Source: Candidatus Methanoperedenaceae archaeon
Lineage (GTDB): Archaea > Halobacteriota > Methanosarcinia > Methanosarcinales > Methanoperedenaceae
Assembly (NCBI GenBank): GCA_963753595.1
Contig: CAVWCX010000025.1
Span: 1 to 42,525 of the forward strand
Length of the DNA: 42,525 nt
Direction of reading: 5' to 3'
Shown piece by piece: positions 26,396 through 38,983 of this stretch (the stretch's first letter is position 1; each line of letters starts with the position of its first letter). The notes under the pieces were generated by a model. The model was not told the DNA's origin and searched no databases. It worked only from the letters and a program-made list of their open reading frames with translations. A program made the position numbers and the translations under genes.

Positions 26396-27693
26396 GGCAA
26401 TACCTAAAAATAAATTAGTAAATTATATAATCTAAGCCATCATATATAGTGGCATGGATACTAACAAGGAGTACACATGGTGGCTAAAAGCCCTATCAGG
26501 AGCGGATGAAGTTCAAGCAAGACGTTTTGCAGGAGCCATAGCACTTGAAATTGGGTGGGGTGGAGTCTCAAAAGTTGAAGAATTAACAGGCATGTCCCAT
26601 TCGACTATCCATAAAGGGATAGAGGAACTCAAAACGTCAGAGAAACTTAAACCTCCAGAAAGACTTCGAGCACTTGGAGGAGGAAGAAAAAAGGTAGAAA
26701 TAAAAGATCCCGAAATAATTGGAGATCTTGAAAAAATAATGGATGAAAACACCTCAGGCGACCCAATGAGCCTGCTGAAATGGACAAACAAATCAACCTA
26801 CAAGATCGCTGATGAATTGAAAAAGCTAAAACATAAAATCGATCCAGATACAGTAGGACGTTTATTGAAGGAAAACGATTACTCGCTTCAGGCCAATAAG
26901 AAAAACATCGAAGGTTCTTCAGTTCCCGAAAGAGATGCCCAGTTCAGGTATATAAACGAAAAAGCTAAAGAATTTATAAATCAGGAGTATCCCGTAATAT
27001 CAGTTGATGCAAAAAAGAAAGAAAATGTAGGAGAATTTAAAAATCCTGGAAGAACATGGGAGAAAAAAGGCAAGGCAAAAGAAGTAAATGTGTATGATTT
27101 TCCTTCACTTGGGATTGGAAGGGCGACACCATATGGGATTTATAATCTTAAGAGAAATGAAGGAATGGTAAATGTGGGAATGAGTTATGATACGTCCGAA
27201 TTTGCCGTTGAAAGCATAAGGCAATGGTGGCTTATGTTTGGAAGAAATAATTATCCAGATGCAAAAGGTCTGATGATATGTGCAGATGGTGGGGGGAGCA
27301 ATGGAAGTCGCAATAAAGGCTGGAAATTTCATTTACAAGAATTGGTGAACCAAATAAAAATACCTATTACCGTATGCCATTACCCTCCTGGGACAAGCAA
27401 ATGGAACAAGATAGAACATCGCATGTTCTCATTCATTACAATGAATTGGAAGGGGAAACCGCTCGTTAGTTTTGAAACAATTATTGAACTGATCAGTGGC
27501 ACAAAGACAAACAAAGGTCTTACTGTGGCATCGCTATTAGATGAAAAGGAATATAATAAAGGAGTTAAATTCTCTGATGAAGATATGGCAAGATTGAAGA
27601 TAGAATACCATTCTTTACACCCAAAATGGAATTATTCTCTTTCCCCAAAAGAGGAAGGGAATTAATTTAGATAAGTTATTTTTCGGCAATCCC
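26396..27693 (+). mobile_element. ISAzo13-family insertion sequence, complete
   Basis: Imperfect TIRs GGCAATACCTAAAAATAAATTA and (reverse complement) GGGATTGCCGAAAAATAACTTA; 3-bp TSD TAA at 26393-26395 and 27694-27696. Confidence 0.9.
26454..27665 (+). CDS. ISAzo13-family DDE transposase
   Basis: GGGRK, GDPMS.LKWT.KS, SVDAKKKE, ADGGGSNG, PPGTSKWNKIEHRMFS, WNY. Confidence 0.96.
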   Translation: MDTNKEYTWWLKALSGADEVQARRFAGAIALEIGWGGVSKVEELTGMSHSTIHKGIEELKTSEKLKPPERLRALGGGRKKVEIKDPEIIGDLEKIMDENTSGDPMSLLKWTNKSTYKIADELKKLKHKIDPDTVGRLLKENDYSLQANKKNIEGSSVPERDAQFRYINEKAKEFINQEYPVISVDAKKKENVGEFKNPGRTWEKKGKAKEVNVYDFPSLGIGRATPYGIYNLKRNEGMVNVGMSYDTSEFAVESIRQWWLMFGRNNYPDAKGLMICADGGGSNGSRNKGWKFHLQELVNQIKIPITVCHYPPGTSKWNKIEHRMFSFITMNWKGKPLVSFETIIELISGTKTNKGLTVASLLDEKEYNKGVKFSDEDMARLKIEYHSLHPKWNYSLSPKEEGN

Positions 27694-27721
27694 TAAGAAC
27701 CTTTTAGCATCCATACTTTGT

Positions 27722-28423
27722 TTATTTTATCGTATTGTTTTTCTCAAAAAACAAAGTAATTGACTGATTTGGATATATCTCTTCATGTGGAAGCCCTAAT
27801 TGTTTTATAATTATGTGAGAATTATCTGGATCATCTATAATCCCCATAAATCTCAAGTTATTTTTTGTGTAATTAATTAGCTTAAGTTGTTTATGCTTAT
27901 CGATAGAAGCGGAATTGATTTCGATGTCAAATGAATAAGGATTATTGAATCTTATATCCCATATTTGACTTGTATCATTTAAATCCTTAATATCTAATGT
28001 ATGAAATTGTGAAATGTTTTTCTCTTCTTTTCTGCCGTAAAAAATTACATTTATCGTGTTCCAGGATGAATTTTTAATCAATAGGTAATCCCCACTGAAA
28101 TTATAATCAGAAACTGTATTTTCGCCCAATCGATTTCTAAAAGATATATTGGGCTTAATTTTCGCATAAGGAATTAAACCAAATCTTATTGAATAATTTT
28201 GCCAGACATAGAGATCTCCTGAAAGAATTCCATTTGGGCGGTCAATAAACATATATGGGATAAGAAGCACATCAGGTTTTTCTTCATTTATGAGAGTGGT
28301 TGTTTTTAAAAGATATATTCCTGTAAAACTTGCTCCTATTAGTATAATTATAAAAATAATGAATAGTGCTTTTTTTTTGTAAGTTTTATATCTAGATATC
28401 TTGGTCTTCAATAAGGTTTCCAT
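27722..28423 (-). CDS. Hypothetical membrane-anchored protein, possibly the 3' part of a disrupted gene
   Basis: 233 aa, AT-rich, one TM segment followed by an Asn-rich domain; begins next to IS-derived DNA. Confidence 0.6.
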   Translation of the reverse strand: METLLKTKISRYKTYKKKALFIIFIIILIGASFTGIYLLKTTTLINEEKPDVLLIPYMFIDRPNGILSGDLYVWQNYSIRFGLIPYAKIKPNISFRNRLGENTVSDYNFSGDYLLIKNSSWNTINVIFYGRKEEKNISQFHTLDIKDLNDTSQIWDIRFNNPYSFDIEINSASIDKHKQLKLINYTKNNLRFMGIIDDPDNSHIIIKQLGLPHEEIYPNQSITLFFEKNNTIK

Positions 28424-28514
28424 CGATTTGAGAGTCGTTAAGAAATCATCGATTTGAGATGTGGTGATTTTTTGTCCATATAATGTTAGAAAAAGTGGAT
28501 AAAATAAAAAAATT

Positions 28515-29943
28515 CATTGGTCATCGGTTAAGCCCACCAGTCATCCCTGAACCGATGTCTACTGACATGGGGATCAAGTGCCTGACTTGAATAGACATTC
28601 ATAACAGTCAGAATAGTTCTTTCAATCCCATAATACCGAAGTATCAGAGTAAGCTGTTTATCAGCATTTTCGGCAAAAATCGTACTCCATCGCAATTGTG
28701 TAAAACGAGAACCAATATCTTTTGGATTATACTTCCGAACTAACGAATATATTCTCCTGCTTACTAAAAGGGTAAGAATCGATATCCAGATAAAGGCTTC
28801 GATAATTTGTGTGTTCTTTGTATTCACAACATCAAGAGCGTATCTGCTTTTCAGTTCTTTAAAGATCAGTTCAATATCCCATCTTGCTCCATAGAGTTTC
28901 GCAACATCCTCAGCCTCCAAAACATCTTTTGCAATATTAGTAAGATAGACATGATACTTTTCTTCATCTTCATTAAAAACCGCTACCAATCGGAACTGTT
29001 CAGTATCCATTCTTGTCTTACTTTTCCCATTATAATTCGGTTTCTTGAATGAGACCTCAACTTCAACATCGAGTACTTGTCTTTTTAACTTGGGGAGAAT
29101 TTCACTGATATATTTCCCTTTCACATCAATACTATTCCCCCGACACGTATTATGCACATCAACAATAAGAGGATCCGCACTTCCTTTCAATCTGGACACG
29201 AAGTAACCGCCATTCTCCTTGATTTTAGCAAAGAGTAGATGTTTGTAGAAACCAAGATCGATAAGAAGAATTCTATCTTTTATCCATGGACCTATTCGCA
29301 GAGTCTTCAATTCATTTGTACTTTCAGGATGAATAGTGATGCTTTTTGGGCTGTTTGCCACGGCACTTACCAACAAACTCACTTTAACGCCAGCTGCTAC
29401 CGTTCTGGAACGTGCTGCCGGGAATTTTTTAGCAAGAGACTTATGCAATCTGATAATTGTGCTGTCCTGTATCATTACATCCTGGAATTTAGCTATTTTT
29501 TCATTGAGAACTTTGGTTTGTTCCTTAGCAAGCTGTTCAATTCCATGAGTTACACATAGCCTCAGGAATGCAACAAGTTCAGGTGTGAATCTTTCATACC
29601 AGCTGCTGTCGCTCAGTTTTTTATTGGAAAACTTTTCATAATTCCGTTTGACAAAGGCTAGATTTCTTGCAAGGCGAACACCATAACTATTGACAAGAAC
29701 CCAAAACATTTCTACGGCTGTCACTTTTCTCTCTCTTTCTATGAGGCCGGTTTCTTTTGCTGCTTGTTTCAGCCATTCTGGAGGGAATAGTGTGTAGAGG
29801 TCTTTTTCAATTATATCGGGGTCATAAGATGGGATTTTTGTGTTTGGTTCTTTGGGCTTTTTCATGCTACTGATCCTCTTTCTAATTTTAATACAGTAAA
29901 ATTAGAATTTTTAAGTAATATATGCATGCTAAGACGATAAATG
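28515..29943 (-). mobile_element. IS4-family (ISH8 group) insertion sequence
   Basis: Ends read CATTGGTCATCGGTTAAG (28515) and, in reverse complement, CATTTATCGTCTTAG (29943): imperfect TIRs starting CAT. No TSD visible. Confidence 0.75.
28528..29865 (-). CDS. IS4-family DDE transposase
   Basis: QDSTIIRL, LIDLGFY, YLTNI, and YGARWDIELIFKELKS (YREK motif). Confidence 0.96.
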   Translation of the reverse strand: MKKPKEPNTKIPSYDPDIIEKDLYTLFPPEWLKQAAKETGLIERERKVTAVEMFWVLVNSYGVRLARNLAFVKRNYEKFSNKKLSDSSWYERFTPELVAFLRLCVTHGIEQLAKEQTKVLNEKIAKFQDVMIQDSTIIRLHKSLAKKFPAARSRTVAAGVKVSLLVSAVANSPKSITIHPESTNELKTLRIGPWIKDRILLIDLGFYKHLLFAKIKENGGYFVSRLKGSADPLIVDVHNTCRGNSIDVKGKYISEILPKLKRQVLDVEVEVSFKKPNYNGKSKTRMDTEQFRLVAVFNEDEEKYHVYLTNIAKDVLEAEDVAKLYGARWDIELIFKELKSRYALDVVNTKNTQIIEAFIWISILTLLVSRRIYSLVRKYNPKDIGSRFTQLRWSTIFAENADKQLTLILRYYGIERTILTVMNVYSSQALDPHVSRHRFRDDWWA

Positions 29944-29989
29944 CTTCGCTATATAACGATTATTTCAACTGGAAACCCAAAGCTATTGA

Positions 29990-30570
29990 CTAAAAACGAG
30001 TAATTCTGCAATCTTTTTTGAGATAATTCATTGAGCAGAATTCCTTAACCGATGACCAATGTAAAAAAATTATACCCAATGAAAACAATATTGATGTTTC
30101 CATATAAATTAAATACTCTTTATATTCTGAAAAAAGAAAAGCTATAAGTAATGTATAATCAGCTATAGTAAGAATAATACCAACTGTCAATATTAAATAT
30201 TTTGTAATATTGAAGAAATTTTTATTATCAAGTAATGGTTTATTGTTTTGTATCAACCTCCATATTAACATGTATATAAATATTAAATATAACAAATATA
30301 TTCCATTAGGATATAAATCACTAAACTTGATTTGAGGTAATTCATTTTGGAAAACGTGTAACATGGTCAAGAAAAATGAAATTGGAACAACTAGAAAATA
30401 CCAAACAACCCTATTATTGCAGGAAAAATAACTTTTTCAAAACCAGTAAACTTTTTTTCCCACTTTTCAGTCCCATAAAAAAGTAACAAAAAGTAGAATA
30501 AACCATATGCTATAATTTGTGGCAGAATATCTTTTGGAAGTATTGTTGTTATTATATCTAGAACATCCAT
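29990..30570 (-). pseudogene. Frameshifted multi-pass membrane protein gene
   Basis: ATG 30570 frame (MDVLDIITTILPKD...FEKVIFPAIIG) stops at 30391; a second frame (VVWYFLVVPISFFLTMLH...) continues into the 126-aa ORF. Confidence 0.6.
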
Positions 30571-30619
30571 GTCATCGATTAGGACAACTTAATAGTATTA
30601 ATATTTTGGTTATGTGACT

Positions 30620-31480
30620 TTATTCCTCCACCCTCGCCACATTCATATTCCTCTTAAGTCCCATCGCCTCAGCCACAGAATCGCATTTTGTCTTCAAAAG
30701 ATATGCTATCGGCCTGAAATCATACTCGGACATTGTCTCGTAATTCGCCATTCCTTTGCTGATTATTAGCGAGGCATTCCCGAGAGCCTCCACAAGCTCA
30801 GGCGGAGCCTCCTGCAAGCACAAACCAATGGCATTTGAACCGGTCGTTAACACCCTGTCAACCATTTTGTCAATGCCAAGTTCTTTTACTTCTTTCATGG
30901 TGACATCGTTCAATATCGGCGCGCCTCTTACAACAAGTGTAATCCTGCCCCCGAGCTTTTTTATTTGCTCAAACAGCAGGGTGTCAAATACGATCTCACC
31001 GCAATTATCAGCAAGATAAACGACGTCACTGAGCATCGTTTTTATCAGATCGGAATCATCCACATCAAGCCCGTGTTCGATCTGTTTTTGCATCGCATCC
31101 TTTGCTGTTGCTTTATCAGCGTCAAATCCGAGCACTCCGAAATCAAACGAGTTGCCGATGATCGATACAAGAACCGCACGCCTGAATGAGTCTTTTTCAG
31201 AAACAAATTCCCTTGCATGAGGCAAAAGCTTCATTGCAGCCACATTGCTTTCCTTTTTTTTCTCAGAATACGGGTCAATGTCTCCTAGGATCCTGTATGC
31301 TTCCCTGTGGATCTTCGTGGAAAGATGCGTCGCAGGCGCGCCGTCAACCATGTATTTCCTGAGTACTTCTATCCCTGCGATAATTACTTTTTTCTGCAAT
31401 TCTATGTCTTTTGTGGAAAGTTCTGCCTCGAACTGTACTCTTGATAATAAACACGGCGCACATCTGGGATGGGTCTTCAA
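30620..31480 (-). CDS. DUF89/ARMT1-like damage-control phosphatase
   Basis: C..C N-terminus, DPY, IIGNSFDFG, LADNCGEIVFD, PILNDVT, SKGMANYET, KC. Confidence 0.92.
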   Translation of the reverse strand: MKTHPRCAPCLLSRVQFEAELSTKDIELQKKVIIAGIEVLRKYMVDGAPATHLSTKIHREAYRILGDIDPYSEKKKESNVAAMKLLPHAREFVSEKDSFRRAVLVSIIGNSFDFGVLGFDADKATAKDAMQKQIEHGLDVDDSDLIKTMLSDVVYLADNCGEIVFDTLLFEQIKKLGGRITLVVRGAPILNDVTMKEVKELGIDKMVDRVLTTGSNAIGLCLQEAPPELVEALGNASLIISKGMANYETMSEYDFRPIAYLLKTKCDSVAEAMGLKRNMNVARVEE

Positions 31481-31492
31481 GGTTATTTTCTC

Positions 31493-34072
31493 CTAAAATT
31501 CAAATAATTGTTTTTGCTTTGTTTCAGTCTGCACCTTTCTTTCTCCCATTCCTCTTAACATTTCTCTTGTCACGCCAAAATCAGATAATATCCGTTCAAC
31601 CGGAGGGAGTATCTGTTTATTTATATAATAATCAACATCAATCGGCAGGTTTTTCTTTTGCGCATATTCAGGGTCTTCGGCGCGGTCAACAAAGATCGCA
31701 TTGCCTGCCACGATCACAAAAGGTATCCTGTCACCGACATTTGAGATTATACCCCTTTTCCGAAGTTTTTCTATTACTGTTATGTGGGGCTGCCTGTTCC
31801 TGTAACTTTCAATTTTTTTAGTATATTGCCTTGTCATTATAAGGTCATCAAAAAGCGGGCTTGTTGCGTCTATTGTTTTTATGCTGTTTATTGTATTCTT
31901 GACGAGAAGAACTGCATCATCCACTTTTCCTTCTATAAGCACAAGTTCAAGGACCTTCTCAATGGTCTTTGTGGTGAGGTCACACCAGTCGCGGCGGACG
32001 GTCTCCATCCCCTTCACTTTTATCTTTTCCTTCAAACCCTTCGCCGTTTTTTCCTGGATAAGGAGTGCATATCGCTTCTTGGCAAGAAATATTGCGCGCC
32101 TGGCAAAGGAATCAAAAACAAGTTCCATAGGCTTGACAAGCGAGTCAGTTACGCGATTGGCGATCGTAGTTCCCACAAGCTGGGCCTCATCAAACGTAAT
32201 CCCTGTATCAAGAAGATGCACAAAAACACTGTCTGTATCTCCATAAACTACAGATAATCTAATATGCTTTCCGCTTATGTTTTCATCTTTTTTGAAAGCT
32301 TTTCCGTCCTTCAGGATTATTTCCCTTATGTCGTTCTCTATCAAATCCTTCGTCCTGAGGATATTCTCGCGCCCGAAGCTTGTTACGGCGCTTGCAAGTG
32401 TCAAACTGTAAAGCCGCGCCCTTGTATATCCGGAATAGCCATAAAAACTGTTAAGAAGGATCTTAAGTGCAAGCTGTGTGGCGTCAAGCACTCGTTTTTC
32501 CTCCTCATTCGCTGTTTTCATTTTAGCCCGCGTCTCTTGCCTGCGGTTCAGGAGATCTTCAAGGATTGATGGCACGATACCTTTTACAATATTCCTGGAA
32601 ACAAAAACACCGCCAGTTGGCGCTTCTATAACATCATCCGGCCTTTGTCCCACAACTTCTGTTGTATAGCAAAGGTTATGCGCCATCATTATGGTCGGGT
32701 AAAGTGATTTATAATCAAGGATAACGATATTCTCAAGCAGGCCTTTCTTTGGAGGCAGGACTTCGGCGCCTGCAAGTTCCTCGCCTTCATCATAGCGCTC
32801 ATCGGACATCTCGCCAGTGGGGCGCGTTGACAGCACACGATCGTTTTTCATGTACTCGCGAAGCATCAGGTTCTCTACCATCTGTGTCTGTCCGCCGTCC
32901 AGGATATCCTGAAGAAGAGTCCCGCTCACCCTTGCAAGAGCGATGTATTTATCAATAAGCCTGAGTTTTAACAGGAAAAGAAGTGCAAGCTCCGAGTCAC
33001 GCCTTGCATATTCGATGAATTTTGAAAGCTTTTCCCCATCATCTTTCCAGTAATTTTCCATTTCCAGGAATGGTATTTCTAACTTTTCAGACCCCAGCAA
33101 TTCCTTTGCCGAATTCCTTAACGTATATTGCTTGAGCGAAAATTCCCTGCGAAGCAACGGCAATACGTCCACAGCAATTCGACCCATCACACTCACTCTT
33201 GTGACATTCCCGATCTTCCTGTAATAAAGAGTCCTGCCGTCCCTGCCTGCTATTGGCTCTATCCGTGCTCCTTTTTTATTAAGCGTTTTGATCCTGTCAA
33301 CGATATATGGAATATCAAAACTATTCGAGTTGTAGCCTACAAGGATATCAGGGTCGTATTTCTTTATTATTTCGAAAAACCGCCTCAGCATTGCTTCTTC
33401 GCTGCCGCAGCTCTCTGTTTCACCCTCTGTTCTTGCCTCTCTCCCAACGAGGACAAGTGTTTTTTTGCCTTCAAAATCAGGGGAAAAAGCAAGGCTCATC
33501 AATACGATCGGTGAGGTTTCTGGCACCGGCATGGCGCCATTTAATGGCAGGCACTCGATATCAAATGCAAGATGCCGTAAAGGAGCGTTTTTCAGGATTT
33601 CAACAGGTTCTACATTCCTTGATGTTATTATCAGGTCGCTCAGGACCTCGTTGCAGGTATCCACTTCCGGTTCTGCTTTTGCCCAGCCCATGCCGCCAAT
33701 CCCCGTATCCACCATATACCTGTTCCTGAAAAGAATATCTGTCTCGTAAATCTCATCAACCATTTTTCGTACATCATCGCGGATGATGGGGACACTTTTC
33801 GGATCAAAAAGGATGATCTTTAGCATGCTGGTTTTGTCCTTGAAATAGCCCACGGGTTCAAACCGCTTTAACTGCTCGATCCTTTTTATATGATCCTTGA
33901 ACTTTTCCAGCAAAATAACTGACAACCCAGGCTCTGCTTTTGCATAAAAATATGGTTCAAACCCTGGTACACGGCAGCATATACTGTTTCCGGACTCATC
34001 TCTTCCATAAAGCCTTACTACAGGCTTATCATCGCTGTAGGTATAGTCAGCATCGAGAATCTGGAAGTTCAT
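31493..34072 (-). CDS. polB: Family B DNA polymerase
   Basis: Exo I FDIE, Exo II YNSNSFD, Exo III YARRD; DYKSLYP, KILLNSFYGY, YGDTDS; C-terminal PIP box QKQLFEF; no intein. Confidence 0.98.
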   Translation of the reverse strand: MNFQILDADYTYSDDKPVVRLYGRDESGNSICCRVPGFEPYFYAKAEPGLSVILLEKFKDHIKRIEQLKRFEPVGYFKDKTSMLKIILFDPKSVPIIRDDVRKMVDEIYETDILFRNRYMVDTGIGGMGWAKAEPEVDTCNEVLSDLIITSRNVEPVEILKNAPLRHLAFDIECLPLNGAMPVPETSPIVLMSLAFSPDFEGKKTLVLVGREARTEGETESCGSEEAMLRRFFEIIKKYDPDILVGYNSNSFDIPYIVDRIKTLNKKGARIEPIAGRDGRTLYYRKIGNVTRVSVMGRIAVDVLPLLRREFSLKQYTLRNSAKELLGSEKLEIPFLEMENYWKDDGEKLSKFIEYARRDSELALLFLLKLRLIDKYIALARVSGTLLQDILDGGQTQMVENLMLREYMKNDRVLSTRPTGEMSDERYDEGEELAGAEVLPPKKGLLENIVILDYKSLYPTIMMAHNLCYTTEVVGQRPDDVIEAPTGGVFVSRNIVKGIVPSILEDLLNRRQETRAKMKTANEEEKRVLDATQLALKILLNSFYGYSGYTRARLYSLTLASAVTSFGRENILRTKDLIENDIREIILKDGKAFKKDENISGKHIRLSVVYGDTDSVFVHLLDTGITFDEAQLVGTTIANRVTDSLVKPMELVFDSFARRAIFLAKKRYALLIQEKTAKGLKEKIKVKGMETVRRDWCDLTTKTIEKVLELVLIEGKVDDAVLLVKNTINSIKTIDATSPLFDDLIMTRQYTKKIESYRNRQPHITVIEKLRKRGIISNVGDRIPFVIVAGNAIFVDRAEDPEYAQKKNLPIDVDYYINKQILPPVERILSDFGVTREMLRGMGERKVQTETKQKQLFEF

Positions 34073-34108
34073 TATGGTTAGATTTAATTTAATATGTTTA
34101 TATGTTTC

Positions 34109-35203
34109 TTAATTTTCAATCGGAAGACCATTTTGATCAAACCACATGACTCTGGCTCTCCTTGCCACATGTACCAATCCAAGCATTACAGGCACTTCAA
34201 TGAGCGGTCCCACGACAGCCGCAAAAGCTACACCAGAATCTATCCCGAACACGGCAACTGCCACTGCTATGGCAAGTTCAAAATTATTGCTTGCCGCGGT
34301 GAATGCCAGGGTTGTGGATTTGTCATAAGAAAAACCCATCCTGTGTGACATGAAAAGAGAGAGACCGAACATTATGATGAAATACAAAAGCAGCGGGACT
34401 GCTATCCTGAATACATCCATGGGAAGTTTGACAATGTACTCACCCTTTAAGGAGAACATGACGATAATGGTAAAGAGCAGTCCGATCAATGCTGTGGGAC
34501 CAAGCTTTTTCATAAATACATTATCATACCAGTCCTTTCCTCTCTTTTTTACCAGAACTGATCTTGTTATTATTCCTGCTATAAAGGGAATGCCCAGATA
34601 GATGAATACTGCTTTAGCGACCTGCCATATTGAAATATCCACAACAGCGCCTGCTCCTGCGCCGCCTATCCATGCTGATAATACTGTTACAAATACATAT
34701 GCGAGAACCGAATACAGAGCTACCTGGAAGATAGAGTTCACAGCCACAAGGACAGCACACAATTCGTTATCTCCACCCGCGAGCTGGTTCCAGACAAGTA
34801 CCATGGCGATGCACCGTGCAAGACCGATTATGATCAAACCTATCCTGTACTCCGGAAGGTCAGGAAGGAATATCCATGCCAGGACGAACATGAGCACAGG
34901 ACCGATTATCCAGTTCTGGACAATGGAAGCACTCAGGGCTTTCCCCTGCTTCTTCATTTTATGGAGTTCTTCGTATTTCACACCTGCAAGTGGCGGATAC
35001 ATCATCCATATAAGACCTATAGCTATGGGAAGTGATACCTCTTCGAACTTGACAGCGTTAAGTATTGTGGCTACCTGCGGATAAACAGCCCCAAGGATTA
35101 TCCCGCCTGCCATGGCAAGAAGGATCCAGAGGGTCAGGTATTTGCTTATTATGCCAAGACTGCCTGAATTTGTTCCTCCAACGCAACCTGTTGTATCTTT
35201 CAA
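34109..35203 (-). CDS. acr3: ACR3-family arsenite efflux transporter
   Basis: [45 protein letters not shown]; TTG start after AGGTGA. Confidence 0.95.
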   Translation of the reverse strand: MKDTTGCVGGTNSGSLGIISKYLTLWILLAMAGGIILGAVYPQVATILNAVKFEEVSLPIAIGLIWMMYPPLAGVKYEELHKMKKQGKALSASIVQNWIIGPVLMFVLAWIFLPDLPEYRIGLIIIGLARCIAMVLVWNQLAGGDNELCAVLVAVNSIFQVALYSVLAYVFVTVLSAWIGGAGAGAVVDISIWQVAKAVFIYLGIPFIAGIITRSVLVKKRGKDWYDNVFMKKLGPTALIGLLFTIIVMFSLKGEYIVKLPMDVFRIAVPLLLYFIIMFGLSLFMSHRMGFSYDKSTTLAFTAASNNFELAIAVAVAVFGIDSGVAFAAVVGPLIEVPVMLGLVHVARRARVMWFDQNGLPIEN

Positions 35204-35406
35204 GAAATCACCTTTTTGTTGTTTGCATTCTCCATTCCAAACCTGCCTTCAATTTGTTATTCTGACACTTTATACGAGCATACGGTTAATAAAACCCTGC
35301 AATAAATTTCAAAAAAATTTGAACTACCAATTTTCAATATGCATCAACAATATTAAATATCATTAGCAAATAATACCATGAGTAAATATTGTAACTGGGT
35401 GAAAAA

Positions 35407-35952
35407 ATGTATTGCAGCAAATGCGGAACAATGAACTCGGATGACGCGGAATTTTGCTCAAAATGTGGCAATAACCTGAAAATCTCACAGATAACTCCTG
35501 TTTCTTCCAGAGGTGAAATGGGGACTGAGAAAGATGTTGTTATTCACAGGATATTTGCAGTATTAATTGATTATTTTGTAATGGGATTTCTATCATTCAT
35601 TATTCTCGGTGCTTCAATTGTTCCCGGCCTTGCAGCCAGGTCATTGATGACAGCAATAAGCGGTTTTTTCATGAGTTTATTAATTATAATGCTCCTGTGG
35701 ATATGTTATGGCATAGTATTGGAGACATGGAAAGGCCAGACTGTTGGTAAGATGATCCTCGGGATTATTGTTGTTAAAGAGAATGGGGAACCGTGTGACT
35801 TTTTTGCAGCCCTGTTGAGAAATGTTTTACGTATAATTGACCATCTGCCAACATTATATATATTGGGATTTATTGTTATGGCAATAACAGAAAAAAGGCA
35901 AAGGCTCGGGGATCGTTTAGCCGGAACAGTTGTTGTTAAAATAAAACATTAA
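35407..35952 (+). CDS. RDD-family protein with an N-terminal zinc ribbon
   Basis: CSKCG...FCSKCG; RIFAVLID, GQTVGK, RN.LR.ID, QRLGD.LAGT.VV. Confidence 0.92.
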   Translation: MYCSKCGTMNSDDAEFCSKCGNNLKISQITPVSSRGEMGTEKDVVIHRIFAVLIDYFVMGFLSFIILGASIVPGLAARSLMTAISGFFMSLLIIMLLWICYGIVLETWKGQTVGKMILGIIVVKENGEPCDFFAALLRNVLRIIDHLPTLYILGFIVMAITEKRQRLGDRLAGTVVVKIKH

Positions 35953-35953
35953 G

Positions 35954-38069
<2,116 letters not shown>

Positions 38070-38125
38070 TGGCTGCTAAGTTTACATTGTTGTTTAAGTA
38101 ATTTTTCATTAGCCAGAAATTACAT

Positions 38126-38983
38126 CTATTTATCTCTGATAAGATGTTTAAGCCCAAGGTCTTCAAGCGTATCTCTTGTATCATCTTCAGAAGGCGTCAT
38201 GAGTTTTACGAATTCTGAGACCGATTTGTCGGAAACTCCGGATTCATCCTTGATAAGATAGCTAAGTTCCTGTTTTCGTAATTTTTTACTGAGCGCACCT
38301 TTATTGGTTGTATTTTTGATCAAATTGACAAGTTCATTGATCTCTGATGGTACTTCACTATCCTGCGGCCCGTGGAATTTCCTGTAAAGCCTTTCTTTTT
38401 CAATTTCATCCCGCAGTTCATCTTCCTCAAAAACCAGTTTTGAGAGATGAATATAATGTATAAAATCATCAATATCGTTTTTCGTGGGATCCTGGAATCT
38501 TGCAAGTAAATCGTTTATTTCTCCCTTGATCCTGTTCCGGCTGATCGTCTTTTTTATCTGGTTTTTAACTTTGTCAATTATTTCTTTTTCCACATTCTTT
38601 GCATGGCCGCCGTATTTCAATGTCAGGTATTTCGTATAATCAGCGATATCCCGTTCATTGGGTAATGTATTTTTATCCAGGAAAGCATCTATTTCATTTT
38701 CTACATCTTCATTTAAGACAATTTCTGATGTTTTCTTCTTCCCTGCAAAATCAAGGGCTTTGTTCCTCAGTGTATTTCCAATTTCATTAGCCTTATTTTT
38801 TCCTGAAAGTATACTAATATTGATTTCAAGAAGGTCGATAAATTCCTTAAAATCGCTGATATTTGATTTATCATTCAGGCTTTTCTTTGCCATTATATTT
38901 TTTAGAATTCCACCAGCCAACTGCCCGAAATGTATTTCCAGTGTCTGGATACAATACTTTTCAAACTCACTCGACTCGGCCAT
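38126..38983 (-). CDS. Hypothetical soluble helical protein
   Basis: 285-aa ORF, charged, with an internal repeat; no recognised family motif. Confidence 0.75.
   Translation of the reverse strand: MAESSEFEKYCIQTLEIHFGQLAGGILKNIMAKKSLNDKSNISDFKEFIDLLEINISILSGKNKANEIGNTLRNKALDFAGKKKTSEIVLNEDVENEIDAFLDKNTLPNERDIADYTKYLTLKYGGHAKNVEKEIIDKVKNQIKKTISRNRIKGEINDLLARFQDPTKNDIDDFIHYIHLSKLVFEEDELRDEIEKERLYRKFHGPQDSEVPSEINELVNLIKNTTNKGALSKKLRKQELSYLIKDESGVSDKSVSEFVKLMTPSEDDTRDTLEDLGLKHLIRDK

Noticed and set aside
31493-34072. Intein or inactivation in polB
   Set aside because: All catalytic motifs are contiguous and the length is normal; only a short insertion precedes YGDTDS.
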